A stretch of 63,596 bases of DNA, counting the filler, from Octopus bimaculoides (Eukaryota), in the NCBI RefSeq assembly GCF_001194135.2. It is 7 parts of 6 records of this genome, joined end to end, with 100 filler letters (N's around TTAATTAATTAA, not from the genome) between each part and the next. Parts side by side here need not be neighbours in the genome. Positions count along the whole stretch, not along the records: positions 1 to 31,791 come from NC_068984.1; 6 more parts are not named here. One strand, 5' to 3'. The position numbers and the translations under genes are program-made. The notes under the pieces were generated by a model that saw only the letters and a program-made list of their open reading frames with translations, was not told where the DNA came from and ran no database searches. Position 1 is the first letter of the stretch. Each line of letters begins with the position of its first letter. Below are positions 1 through 12,460 of this stretch, one piece after another.

Positions 1-146
1 GCGTTAGGAAGGGCATCCAGCTGTAGAAACTCTGCCAAATTTAGATTGGAGCCTGGTGTTGCCATCCGGTTTCACCAGTCCTCAGTCAAATCGTCCAACC
101 CATGCTAGCATGGAAAGCGGACGTTAAACGATGATGATGATGATGA
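1..146 (+). mobile_element. 3' tail of an RTE-type LINE (or derived SINE) ending in (GAT)n
   Basis: Ends CCAACCCATGCTAGCATGGAAAGCGGACGTTAAACGATGATGATG, a typical RTE 3' end with short tandem tail; cut by the window start. Confidence 0.6.
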
Positions 147-1449
147 TATATATTATATATGTATATATGTATGTAGCTATATGTGTGAGTGCATGTGTTT
201 GTGTGTCTGATAAATATTCATAGTAATTAGAGATAGATTAAATAACATGATGGGTGTACAAAATATAATGTTTCAAGTGACAATGTTCGTCAGAACAAAA
301 TAATTAATATTTAATTAGAAAAATCTTATACAATTTCTGTATGCAGACATTTAAGGAGAAAAGGGATAGGCTATATATCTCATTGCACTACTGGAATACC
401 ACCAAAGACTTCCTCTTGTTTTCTGTGATTATTGAAGTGGAAATACACTGCTGGGGTATCGTATTGTCATTTTCTGACTATTAGTGAGATTTACAACAAG
501 CCTGGAGAACTAACAAAACATGTCAGTTATACAGCCCTTTGTTTATGAGTAACAATGTACTAAACTGCACAACTGCGCTTTATTTATGGCCATGAGTGAG
601 ACATTAGGACTTAAGTATTTGTAGAAACATCCATGTTTGTCTGTTGGAGAGATGAGGACCAGCTAGTCCTCCAAGGATAGCTGATGACTTGCACAGTGAT
701 TTTGTTTAAAGTGAAGAAGTGTTACATACAATCAGACTCACTCTCTTGTCCATGACCATTTTTAATCCAATGGCAAGACCATGTCAAGATGACTGGAGAT
801 GGAGACAGATACAGTGGATAACCAAGATATAAGATGTCTTACTTGCCTCATCATGCTCTCTACACTTTACAATGTTTTTCTGCAGCCACCTTCCCCTCTG
901 TTGGACCATGAAGATTTCTTCCACAGAGTCCGCTGGATCCAGTCTTCACATGCATCGTTAGACAAACCCTAATAAGCTAATTAATCTAGATACTGGACTC
1001 TAACAGGTGCTACTACTCTGGGTCAGTGTAGAATTGGGAACAACAATCGCTTAGAGGTGGTTCCACACTCCTCAAAATCCCAGAATTCCTCAACTAGGGC
1101 TTCACTACCAGATGCAGTTCCAAGTCAAACTCAGGACATAGTGCAATCAGAAACATAATACAATACTCATAACAAGATATAAATTGTTGAACCAACAGCA
1201 AAGTCGCTACATGGTTGCTTGACCATGTAAAAACTCTCTTGGTCAAATAACTAAACCACCTTTATATCACAGTCTCAAAAAGGCAGAATGCATTGGATAA
1301 TGTTTCAAAAATGAAGACAAAGTTGTTACAGCTGGAATGATTGGTCATATGTCCATATGTTCAATCCTGACTTGGAGTTAAACAACACCGGAATAATATG
1401 ATATATGCAGTTCACCTACAGGCTGGAAAGGCATCATCTTAATGACTTA

Positions 1450-1950
1450 GGCAGCAGTGACCTTCATTAAATTTGGTGGAGCTACAAAATTATAAAGTCA
1501 ACAACTTCAATAATTTAATTAAAGAAATAGCAGAGGATGAAGGAAATCAACTCATAGATTTACCATTACTTTTTGGAAAAGTTCCAAAAGAAGAGTGAAG
1601 CTAAGCAAATTTCTGAAATCTGTGTTGTTATTTAAAAGTTAGTGAAAAATGACTAATATCTAAGTTGGCTTTTTGTCAAGAGTTAAATCACCTAATCAGC
1701 CAGTAACCTGAATATTTGTCCAATTTTCAAAATTGGTACTCAAGAAGTTTTCATGAAAGATTAAAGATGTCTTTGAAATAGCAACAGTCTTGTTTCCAGC
1801 ATGGCATTTTCCAATTTTTTTAATACAAATTATCAAAGCAGAATAAACTTTACAGTAGAAACAAGACTATTATCAGACTAAAGATGAGCAATTTAACTGA
1901 CTTTGAAATCAAAGATTGTAATATTAACTATTCAAATGGGAAGTTTTTTC
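1450..1950 (+). mobile_element. Highly decayed hAT (GTF2IRD2/Charlie-like) transposase, C-terminal half
   Basis: Frameshifted peptides NNFNNLIKEIAEDEGNQLIDLPL, SKLAFCQELNHL and KIKDVFEIATVLF..HFP resemble the family pattern QF..FL.E..EY.DL / KLAFL.D...HLN / .I.AF..KL.LF...HFP. Confidence 0.4.
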
Positions 1951-2860
1951 AGAATTTAAAACCAAACTAAAAGATCAAGAAGAAAATTGGCTGTATTATA
2001 TAAATTAACAGTTTAATCTGATATTATATTAAAAGATTAATGACAAACCATTATAGTTATTCTGATAGAAACCAAGATATAGTTAATATAATTGAAACTA
2101 AAAATATTGCTACTACAATACAAATTACAGAATTGCTACAACACTAACTTAATCACTTCTATCACAACACAAACTATAATTATAACAACCTTAGCTGTGT
2201 AAGTATAATACAAAAGTAACCAGTGTTGCACCAACCAAAGCAGAATAAAGACAATATGAAGCTTTCAAATTAAGGATAAGGATGATGGAAACAATGGGCT
2301 AAAATATCAAATCAATTATGGAGATGAAGAACATGATAAACAAAGAATGAGATAATAATGACCAGTTACAATGTCAATAATAATGGAAGAAATGACATCA
2401 CTAAATTATGGTTTATTTCATTATCATTCTTCATTAAGAAGATCAATGCTCTTAATCCTTAGCAGTAATACTTCAATGTTGACTTATATCCAATTGTAAG
2501 AGTACATTTTGTTTTTTGTGTAATTTTTAACTTCATTTTCTTTTGTATTGAAACTGTTTGTTCTGTCCTCATCTCTTACAATACATTGCAGCTAGTTCAA
2601 CCATTATTACTTGAAGGACTAACATGTCATACTTCAACACTTTCACAAAAAAACAGATCCCTGTTTCTATAAACTGCAGTATTTAAAACCCCTTATGGGC
2701 AAAATTTGTGATACACTGCCAATCCTTCCCAGAGAAGTAACTTCTTCACTTACTATCAGAAACTGAAAAAGCAAGAATATGTGGTGAAAATTTCTGCTCA
2801 GATACTCAAAAAAGTACTGTCACCATACTAATAACCCAAACATTCTTTACTCTAGCTATA

Positions 2861-3127
2861 TCTTTTATCTTTTGTCTTGTACTTGTTTCAGTCATTAGAC
2901 TGCAGCCATGCTGGGGTACTGCCTTGAAGAATTTTTAGATGAATTAATTGACCCAGTACTTATTTTTTGATTTTTAAAGCTTGGTACTTATTCTATTGGT
3001 GCCTTTTGCCAAACCACGAAGTTATGGGGATGTAAACACACCAACACCAGTTGTCAAGCAGTGATGGAGGATAAACACGGACACAAAGACACACATGCAT
3101 GCATGCACACACACACAAACGTACATG

Positions 3128-3176
<49 letters not shown>

Positions 3177-3276
3177 CCACGATGGGCTTCTTCCAGTTTC
3201 TGTTCGCTAAATCTATGCATAAGGCCTTTGTGGGCCTGAGGCTATAGTAGAAGATACTTGCCCAACGTGCCATGCA
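2861..3276 (-). mobile_element. SINE family B copy (CpG-decayed) with internal (CA)n
   Basis: Matches copies at 37620, 39285 and 56850 (CAGTCATT.GACTGC.GCCATGCTGG ... GAGGCTATAGTAGAAGA.ACTTGCCCAA). Confidence 0.8.
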
Positions 3277-3330
3277 AGGAAAAAGTCTGATAGCTGAAGC
3301 AAAGAGTGATATCATAATAAGCTCTTAGAG

Positions 3331-3507
3331 ATGCTTGAAGTATTGATCATTGGTGGTAAGGAAATGGGAAGTTGTGGCATTCAAATTTTTCTAAAAGCCA
3401 ATAAAGATGTAAATGAATTTAAGAATTTCCAACTTGATACAGGTTACAAAGAGGACTTACTGCCATACTATAACAATGTGATACTATTAGTAACAACATA
3501 CAAATGA
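3331..3507 (+). mobile_element. Possible hAT transposase fragment
   Basis: 58-aa ORF containing NEFKNFQLDTGYKEDLLPYYNNV, similar to the hAT segment QFK.FL.E.D.EY.DL.YY..VRWLS. Confidence 0.3.
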
Positions 3508-4725
3508 AAAATAACCTTTTAAAAATAGACATTTCTGATATATGATATATATATATATATTGTTATATTTTGGGACACCATTTTTTTTCTTGCCAAATAA
3601 ACATACACACTATAGATCATCCTGAAATATAACAATACCTGTTTCAACACATGATTTCACACCAGGTATCTTGCGAAACAAATTCATAAATGTATACACA
3701 CACACACAATAATTATGATAGAGAATATGAAGACTGGTACATTCTCAAAATTTATTTCCTTTTATTTCACAGTATGTCATACCACATTTTTATGGTTATA
3801 ACCATATTTTTGTGGTTACACTCCAGATGATATTTCAATCCAGTGAAGTGACAATGGAATTACCTATCAGTGGAATATAGAGCATGAGTGACAACACCTA
3901 ATAGTCACAGATATTAAATATTAATCAATGCAGTTAGGTGTAATCTGGAACATAACTGAGAGCTACCTTGGTATCCGCCCAGATAATGTATCCCTCTAAA
4001 CTCACATTAATGTGTGTGTGTGTGTGTATCAGAAAAGAAAAATCTAAAAACATGACTGCTAACAAGATTATACCACAAATGGTCTTAACCCTAACTTTAA
4101 CCACACCAATTTGTAAGATAAATGCTTGGTATTGCAGTTTTTTCTTTGTTGTATCCTATTTAGAAGGTCACCTTTAAATTTAATGTTAGCAAACAATGGC
4201 TTGATATTAAAAGATAAGCTAACATGTTAAGTAGCTTTGGTAGAATGCAAAATCTTGTCAGTATCCATTTCCTAGGATCTTAACTTCACTTCTAGTATTA
4301 CAAGTGAGCCATATGCCAACTGGTCTGGTTATAAATTTCTACAGCGTCTAGATAACAGGAAACATGTTGAAAGAAAGAAACAAGAAGTCATATTGGGGCA
4401 TGTATCAAATTCAGTGGTTTTGATAAGACACTGTATAGTTTATGTCTACATATATAAAACACAGTGTGTGTTTGTGTGTGTAAACCCCCTGCATAGCTTC
4501 TTAAGTTCACAACTGATTTTTCACATAATGAGTAATGGGGCATCTGGGACCAGAAAACACCTTTTCCTGAGGAAGTTGACTACTCTGGAGAAGGTGGGTA
4601 GCTCTTTGTGAAGTAACTTCTTGAAATTTGTTAAGATATTGATATTATTTATCGTTTTTTTAGTGACGTTTCATTATTAACATACAATTATCATCGTAGT
4701 TTATTACATCATACTTCTTAACATA

Positions 4726-4908
4726 ATGCCTCCAAAGAAGAGATACTCCATTGGTCGAAAAATGTTGGTAGCAGAGAAATTGAAAAGAAAGAGAGCAAAT
4801 GAATCATCACATGAAACTTCAATTAGACAATCACAAAATGCTGCATGTACATCTACTGTAAGAGCAATAGAAAACATGGTATTTGCCTGGCCAGTAATGC
4901 TGTATTAA
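4726..4908 (+). mobile_element. Possible Helitron Rep/helicase N-terminal fragment
   Basis: MPPKKRYSIGRKMLVAEKLKRKRANESSHETSIRQSQNA resembles the basic N-terminus of animal Helitron proteins (MP.KR...IGR......R..RANE....R..Q). Confidence 0.35.
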
Positions 4909-5597
4909 CAGCTTCAGCCAATCTGCCGCCCCTCCTTACCATGCCATTTTTCAATGTAGATTTCTCTCATGTGGTGCTGTTGAGTACGCCCACAGGCTTA
5001 ATTTATCACATAGATGTAGTTCCTGTCTGCTGATTGTTCAGCATGGTAGCGGCAGCACTGACAGCCACAAAGGAAAGCATATCCACTGAGAGTTTTTGGT
5101 GCTTTTCCATGACAAAGTTAGAGCCTGGAATCTTCCAAACATGCATTTAAATCCCTAGCAATGCTGGTTATGTTTGCTAGTTTCAATTAAAACCACCAAA
5201 ATTAAGGACATTCAAGAGTTTAGTATTAAAGGTTGTTGTTTTTGCCTAACCCCAAGTTAGCCTAGATCCAGTAAACCTATGAAAAACGGCATTCTAGCCA
5301 TGACCACCCCTTCCTTTTGTATCTCTAGAACTCCATCTCTAGAACTTCCTTTTGTATTTCTAGAACTCTATCTCTAGAACTACATTATTCAAAATGACCT
5401 TTTTTTAAGATTGTAGAGTATGATTTCAGTGAATTTAGCAGCTATTTTGAGCAAATCAAATGACCAAAGGAATGCACTTTCTTTATATTAAGTACTTAAG
5501 GCTTATTGTAATATGTACAGATAGTCACTGAAAGAGTGAGCACTCATATTTACCCAGTTCAAAATTATACCTATAACCCAAGATGTAATTGGCTTAC

Positions 5598-5712
5598 CCC
5601 TGCCCTGAACTTGCTGGCTTTGTGCCAAAATTTGAAACCAATATTACATTTGAATATATGAAGATCAGTCAAAGAATATCCAAACAAGAAGGAAGTTATA
5701 AATGAGGATAAT
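5598..5712 (-). CDS. Candidate internal exon (115 nt, phase 2 to 0) of an unidentified gene
   Basis: Acceptor ccttccattttag, donor GG|gtaagc. One open frame, LSSFITSFLFGYSLTDLHIFKCNIGFKFWHKASKFRAG, includes an LRR-like LTDLHIFKCNI. Confidence 0.3.
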
Positions 5713-6074
5713 CTAAAATGGAAGGGTAATGAATGTTTTATGGAACCTTGATAGAAAAACAATGGAAGTTTGTGAAACCAACTAAACATATAGTTAGATG
5801 TACACATTTACTAAGATATTTATAGTTGATCAACAAACACAGAATAAAACCTTTAAGAAAAAGATTTTGTTTAATGTTCCTTTCCTCCTTGTTTCATTTC
5901 AGATAAAAACAAGAGTTAATCTTCAATTTATTTATCAAAACTATCTAGCATTACTCAAATATTGTATCACAGTAACACGATGCAGTAATCTGCTGATTTT
6001 GATGCACATTACAAATTAATTGACTGATAAAATGTGATCTCTGTCAATTTTCAAAATATCAGGAAGTAAAAACA

Positions 6075-6420
6075 ATATTCTTAGTTTTTCCCTGTGGTGC
6101 TAGGATGAAGGAACCCTCAGTGTTTCTAACTCTTGAAGCACCAAGATGGAGCTGATCATGAAAAAAGACATGGTCAATTTACCTATCTGGTTCAGTCCAA
6201 CAATTTTCAATAATTGCCTTCTGTGTTGAAGCTTTTTAAATTCAAGTGACAAATCAATTGGTTTCAGTTGGTATTCTGGAAATGAAATAATTGTATCCAG
6301 TAAATTTTTCTGACTTGAAAGTAGCAACAAGGTCATGGACCATTATATTTTTGATGTTGAGTTTTGTATCCTAAAGTTTTTAGGATCAACATTATAGCTT
6401 TATGGCAATTTGGATGCTAT
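6075..6420 (-). mobile_element. Helitron Pif1-like helicase C-terminal remnant
   Basis: Frameshifted peptides TKLNIKNIMVHDLVATFKSEKFTGYNYFISRIP, DLSLEFKKLQ, LKIVGLN and VFFHDQLHLGASRVRNTEGSFILAPQGKTKNIVF match the Helitron pattern GTRL..K.LM..VI.AT...G...IPRIP / LPF.FKRLQ / FSHGQLYVA.SRV...KTKNIVY. Confidence 0.75.
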
Positions 6421-6955
6421 TTTTCTCAGGTTTAGTTATCATGTCGTGGTCTCCCTTTTTCCTCATATGTACATACACACACACATTCATATGCACACAC
6501 ACACAAACACACACACACCACTATAATATCAAAAATAAATCTCCAGTGATACTTTACATTCTATAGAGAGATGGGGAGGGAAAGTAAAAGAAAGATACAA
6601 AGAGAGTTAACATAAGAGATGCAGAGTAATTACACATATGAGTCTTGGTGGCTGACAAAGAGTAAAAGAATGCTACAAAAAAACTGAGAGAGAAAGAATC
6701 ATAAAAACTGAGGAGGAGAGGAAGTGAATGACAGAGAAGTTATGGGATAAGTTATGCAAATGAGAAATTTGCATAATTCAATTTTAAGGTAATAAATATT
6801 TTCCTTTTCAGAATTAGTAACCATTTAATTATTTTGTATAAGCACCAAAACATTTGATAAAAGTTATAATGATTGTATGTATACTTTATTTCCTGATATT
6901 ACCCTGGTAGCAAAAGTATACTTCCAAACTTACCCATCATGTAATGGATAGGTAA

Positions 6956-6991
<36 letters not shown>

Positions 6992-7001
6992 NNNNNNNNN
7001 N

Positions 7002-7059
<58 letters not shown>

Positions 7060-7162
7060 TGTAAGTTATCTAAGAGTCTATAAGTCAGGAAAAAATGCAC
7101 TTATATATCTTTTATAGAGTGGGTATATTATCTGAAGTGTACAGTATTATATATCTATTATG

Positions 7163-7252
7163 GCCAATTTTACCAACCGGTTTCACACAAAGGATTCAAC
7201 GGAGTGTTAGGTAACAATCTGATTATCTAACCCTGCACTCATCAGAGGTGGC
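7163..7252 (-). ncRNA. Degenerate hammerhead-ribozyme-like motif with long stem II
   Basis: Minus strand reads GCCACCT-CTGATGA-GTGCAGGG...CCTTTGTGT-GAAA-CCGGTTG-GTA-AAATTGGC. The core, a 3-bp stem III, a wobble-rich stem II base and an imperfect stem I are all visible. Confidence 0.35.
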
Positions 7253-7654
7253 TGATATGGATATGGTGACTATTGTCTATTTTTGGAGGTGAATAAATAC
7301 ATCTGGTTTGTGATTGCTGTGAAAAAGATAATGAAACAAATCATATAATACTTCAAATATGTGTGTTGGCAACATGAATTCACTATTATTATAATAAATA
7401 TGTTGATTATTCTGTGTACACATTCATTACTTTTGTTGCATTATATATATATATATATGATATATATATATCATGGATTCTCCTGTCATAGACAATGCAT
7501 GAGAGTTCTGCACTTTCTTGCTGAACAACCATACAGATGATTTGTTTATAGTGGCCAAATGTTTGTGTACACTTAAGGTTACTCCCTCCATCATGTTGGT
7601 ATTACCTGTACAGGTGCATGACGGGCCACATGTCAGATGATGAAATGATCACAA

Positions 7655-7772
7655 ATCAATGTGAAATTAAGTGTTTTTCTCAAGAGCACAATGCAATGCC
7701 TGGTCTGAGAATTGAAACCAGGATTGCACAATCATGAGTGTAACACCCTAACCACTAAGCCATGCACCTTCA
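7655..7772 (-). mobile_element. tRNA-derived SINE head (family A)
   Basis: Reverse complement gives GCATGGCTTAGTGGTTAGGG ... TTCAATTCTC ... GTGCTCTTGAGAAAAACAC: A box, B box and core, as at 61768. Confidence 0.65.
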
Positions 7773-7783
7773 CACACGCGCGA

Positions 7784-7823
<40 letters not shown>

Positions 7824-8699
7824 CTGCAGGATAGAGTTTAAAGGAGATTTGGGTGCTTGTTCTATCAGGTTTAGTTACCATGTAGTGGTCTCCTTTATTG
7901 GTTCATATATATATATATATATATATGTAGTGTAGTAGGTTGTGATTAGAGAGAGAGAGAGAGATTTGACTGCTATTTTTAGCAGATCAAGTTGCCACAA
8001 TGTTATCCCTTGTGGCTCATACATATATACATATGAAACAGTAGGCTTTGATTTTATAAATTTATGACTGCTATTTCTACCAAGTCTTGCTACTACACAG
8101 AGGTTGCATCCACTAGCTACTATTTCTATCTGGTATATAGATATTCATTTATCAGCTTGTAAGATTGCAGGATGTGATTTCAGGAAGATTTGGCTGCCAT
8201 TTCTAACAGATCATGGTCAATATAGAAGAGCTCCATAATGGTTCATATAAACATTTGTATATTCATTAGCTAGTATAGGATTTGGTCACGATTTCTAGGA
8301 ATTTGCAAAGTGTTGCTATATAAATAAATCAATGCCACAGTTCTGCCTTCCTCTTTCTCCATCTATGTCTCTCTTTCTCTTTATATGTGTCTCATTCCCC
8401 ATCTATTTCTATTTCCTTATATCAGAGAGTGAGAAAAAGATAGAAGGGAAGAGGAAGAGAAAGAAAGACTTAAAAGAGATTGAAAACAGAAAAGAAAAGG
8501 AGTTCAAATGTAATTTTGAATCTTCCATTCACTGATCCTACCTTTTCCCCGTTAACTTTATGCATATCTACTTTCTATTAATTACACCCACTTTCAGCTT
8601 TCTCCTTTTCTTCATCATCTTTCTTAATAGACAGTAATGAGTGGTTTGAGAGAGATTTGGCTGCTAGTTCTCTAAATAAATGTTACACAAACTTTCCTT

Positions 8700-10010
8700 T
8701 GGGATGGTAAATATTAATATATATAGTTTTAGGGGTGTTTATTTTGTAGTTTCTGAATACAAGGCAGACATACATACAAATAATTCACATGTCTATATAC
8801 TAGTCACACCTGCAGAAATTCCATGGAAAACATCATTAATTTATGGGATCCAAGCGGCAGTGAGAATCTAAACAATATCTATTCATTCATTATACATTTT
8901 GGCAGATTCAAATATGACTATCTGATCGTTGTTGTTTTTCATCATCAGAGAACACCTTTTCGCTTTATACTGTAGGTATGTAGATGATAACAATATTCTA
9001 GTTAGAAGAATCCCATGTGATCATACCAAAGAAAGCATCCAATGCATAGCTAATTTCATCTATCATAGTATCAAGGTAACAATAGACTAAAATAGACACT
9101 CTGTCCTTGATACCAAATTTTGGTTAGAGACTACAAACAGCAAAGTTCAACTTTGCCACTCCTATTATTTGAAACCCATAACTTCCAAATATGTTATTCA
9201 CAAGAACTCAGCTTTATCACACAATGTAAAGATTAGCATACTAATAGCAGATTTAGTTAGGATAATGGACAATATGTACCCCTTATGCAAACCCTATGAA
9301 ATAAAGAGATATACACAGAACTTAATGCATTGCATGCAGTTCTCTGACTATGACCAGAGAGATAGAGTCAAAATGTATAGGGGAACTAGGAAGAAGTTTG
9401 ATAAGTAAGGATGCCAGTGAAACCTGCCCTAGATATCAGGACAAGCGATGGAACAGAATACAGAGAATTTGTGATAAAGCAAACAGAACAAACACATGGT
9501 ACAGGACAAATAAATTTTGAGGGTGATGTTTTTAGAGGCCACATCGAATGGGGAGTTAGCTCTGAAGGATACCAAACTCAACATTGAGTTTGAGAAACCC
9601 GGGAGGTCCATCAGATCACATTTATGTAAGATGTACACTTTTGACAAGATGACATGTACTGATCTGAACTGTATGGTATGCACCTTTAACCCCAGTATTA
9701 ACTGTAAGACTAGGAATGTAGTCCACAGCATAAAGTGCATGGATGGGGAATGTAAAAATCAAACTACAATGTACATTGGGGAGACTTCTAGAAGTTTAGC
9801 AGAGAGACTAGATAAACACTGGCAGGAGTATAATGACAGGAAACAGTCTCTATACTCTATCAACTTGCCAAAGATCAACATGGTAGCATGCTAAGCCGAA
9901 TTAGCATCTATATCTTGTCTAAACATCTGAGAGACCTGTTGCTTTGACAGATATGCAAGTCGGTTCTCATAAATGAGACGATACCAATACTGAATAAAAA
10001 ATATCTATAG
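8700..10010 (+). mobile_element. Decayed Penelope-like element (RT plus GIY-YIG endonuclease)
   Basis: MGSK motif, YCRYVDD at 8968-8988, thumb-like KPITSKYVIHKNSALSHNVK (ORF 9169), and GIY-YIG CKTRNVVHSIKC...MYIGETSRSLAERLDKH (ORF 9517); ends VLINETIPILNKK. Confidence 0.8.
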
Positions 10011-11015
10011 TAGGTAGTAAGTAGAACCACTATTATCACACACAATATGCATACATAGGTGCATCTCTATGTGTGGATGGACAAGTGGGTGGTGGTATAG
10101 ACAAGTGTATAAAGGGTAGGGTTAGAATGACAGCAAGATGCATAATAATCCATACAAATAAGTACATGTAAATTGGTACAACTCTAATACACATCTATGC
10201 ATGCATACAGTGTATGCATGAAGGTATAAGCAGGTATCAATAAGGTAGAATTAGAATGACAGCAGGATGCAAGAAAATCCATACAAATAAATACATAGAA
10301 CTATGAAAAATTCCAATACACAACCATACCCATCCATGTACATGTGTGGACAGGCATGCACACACACATACACACACACATACACACAAACAAGAATACA
10401 AGAACACAAAGTTATACACACATACACACACCAACTATACACATGTACACACACTCAGGCATGCACAGATATATGTAAACACACACATAGACAAACACAG
10501 GCACATGTGTGCACATGCAAGTACACCAGAACATACACACACACACATACTGGAATGCACTCACATGAATAAATACTCAAACATTTGCATACAAACATAC
10601 TCACAGAACCAACCTAACCATACAAAACATGCATACTAGACCGCACACACACACAAGCACAGATGCTCTCACACACACACACCTACCCTGTTAACTCCTT
10701 CTCTTCCCCACATAAGGTACTGCATCCATAAATCTTTACAGAGTAACCTTGAAAAAAAGGCCAAGCCCTTAAAGAGTCATGGATGGCTAATGCACATACA
10801 CTCATAAACACACAAACAAACATACAAGAAGTCATGCAAGTGTACACACACAACTACACATACATGTACATGCATGCACATACACATGCAAACTCTTTTT
10901 ACTCTCATTATTACCTTCTTTTCTAAGTAAATACACATCTACAGACACATGTACAGGCATACATACACAAAGGCATAAGACTTAATTTTCAGACAGACTC
11001 AGGGCAGACCTTGGA

Positions 11016-11039
11016 GAGAGAGAGAGGGGGGGGGAGAGA

Positions 11040-11106
<67 letters not shown>
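11016..11106. repeat. (GA)n microsatellite
   Basis: Direct inspection. Confidence 0.95.
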
Positions 11107-11109
<3 letters not shown>

Positions 11110-11879
11110 AAATCATTGAAGAGACAACAAATAGCAATAAAATGATTCTGACCTAACAAACAACAGATTGATTGTTAAACCAGTTCATTGAACAAATGGT
11201 CCTTTAATTGGTTGGATATTTACCAATTGACTAACAATAAAGAAGTGAACCACTGTGCATGTGTTATTATTATTAGCAAAATGACCCACCCAAGACAACG
11301 AGATTTCTTGAAGTGTTATTCACTTACAACTATGTTTTAATTATCCAAACTTGCTTTTGGCCTGTTTATTACATCATTGTCATTATTTACTGTATTATCA
11401 TTGTCATTGTAGTTCATATCTTATTTTGTGAAAAACAACAAAAAGATTCTATATTTAGGCCACCTACAAAATATATGCACTAATAAACTCATAATAAATT
11501 ACTATTTGATTATCTTTTTAAATCATTTTTAGTAGACTAATGAAATGAAATCAAGTATTGTATTTTTAAGTACGAGAGAAGCAAATTCATCTAAATTATA
11601 TTTGCTTTCTCTTAAGTTGGTTTAGATAACAAACTATAAATTAGCTAAGCCATTAAACATAAGTTTTTATTTGTCTTAGCAATTTTCATATGTTGTATGA
11701 AGGTGTGTTAGTCAAATATGATGATGACTTAGCAAAAGTTAATAAATTAATAAAAGAGAAAAGAGAGAAAAATAAACAAAGAAAATAGATGAGAAAGATA
11801 CATCCACTGCTGATGAATGAAGACATTGACTTCAACAGAAAACACATCCATGTAGGGGAATTGGAGAATCACAACTACT

Positions 11880-12460
11880 CTCACCTATAATACATTGCTG
11901 TGCCAGAAACTACAGAAATGGTTGTATTTCATAGTCACAAATGTGTGATGCCCCAACTGCTTCAATGAAATGGCCACTGTTTGAGGCTCCAAGAAGTTCC
12001 AGTCACCGGTAATCAATGAAGACCATTACTGAATATGCAACATTTCAACAAGGGATGTAGTCCCATGGTTGAGGTGGGCCGAGAACTGAAACTGTTCCCA
12101 CCTATGCAACATCTACTGTGCACTTGAAGACTATGGAAGAGGCAGTATTCCATTGTCACTAATGTGTGGAATACCTCAACCACCTCGTCAATTGTGTGCC
12201 ATGTAGCTTTAATCACATGACAATAATGCTAGACTAGCACAGGTTTTCTTCAAAATTAGAATGAGCTGCTTGTACATCAGATTCATTCTTTCATTCACTA
12301 CAGTATGCCCAGTGGCAAGATAAAGTCAAGACAACTGAGCTTTTATGTGAATGCAGGAGGTGGCTGAAGGGATCCTCAGACCTTGTGGTCAACACACAGT
12401 AGTTGGAATAAATATTGACATTGTGGATGGATTAGCAATGATGTTCAGAAGATATACACT
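11880..12460 (+). mobile_element. Possible decayed L1/Tx1-type LINE 3' region (zf-RVT-like)
   Basis: Less AT-rich block containing KTMEEAVFHCH, similar to the ET.EH.FFHC zinc motif; otherwise unrecognisable. Confidence 0.25.
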
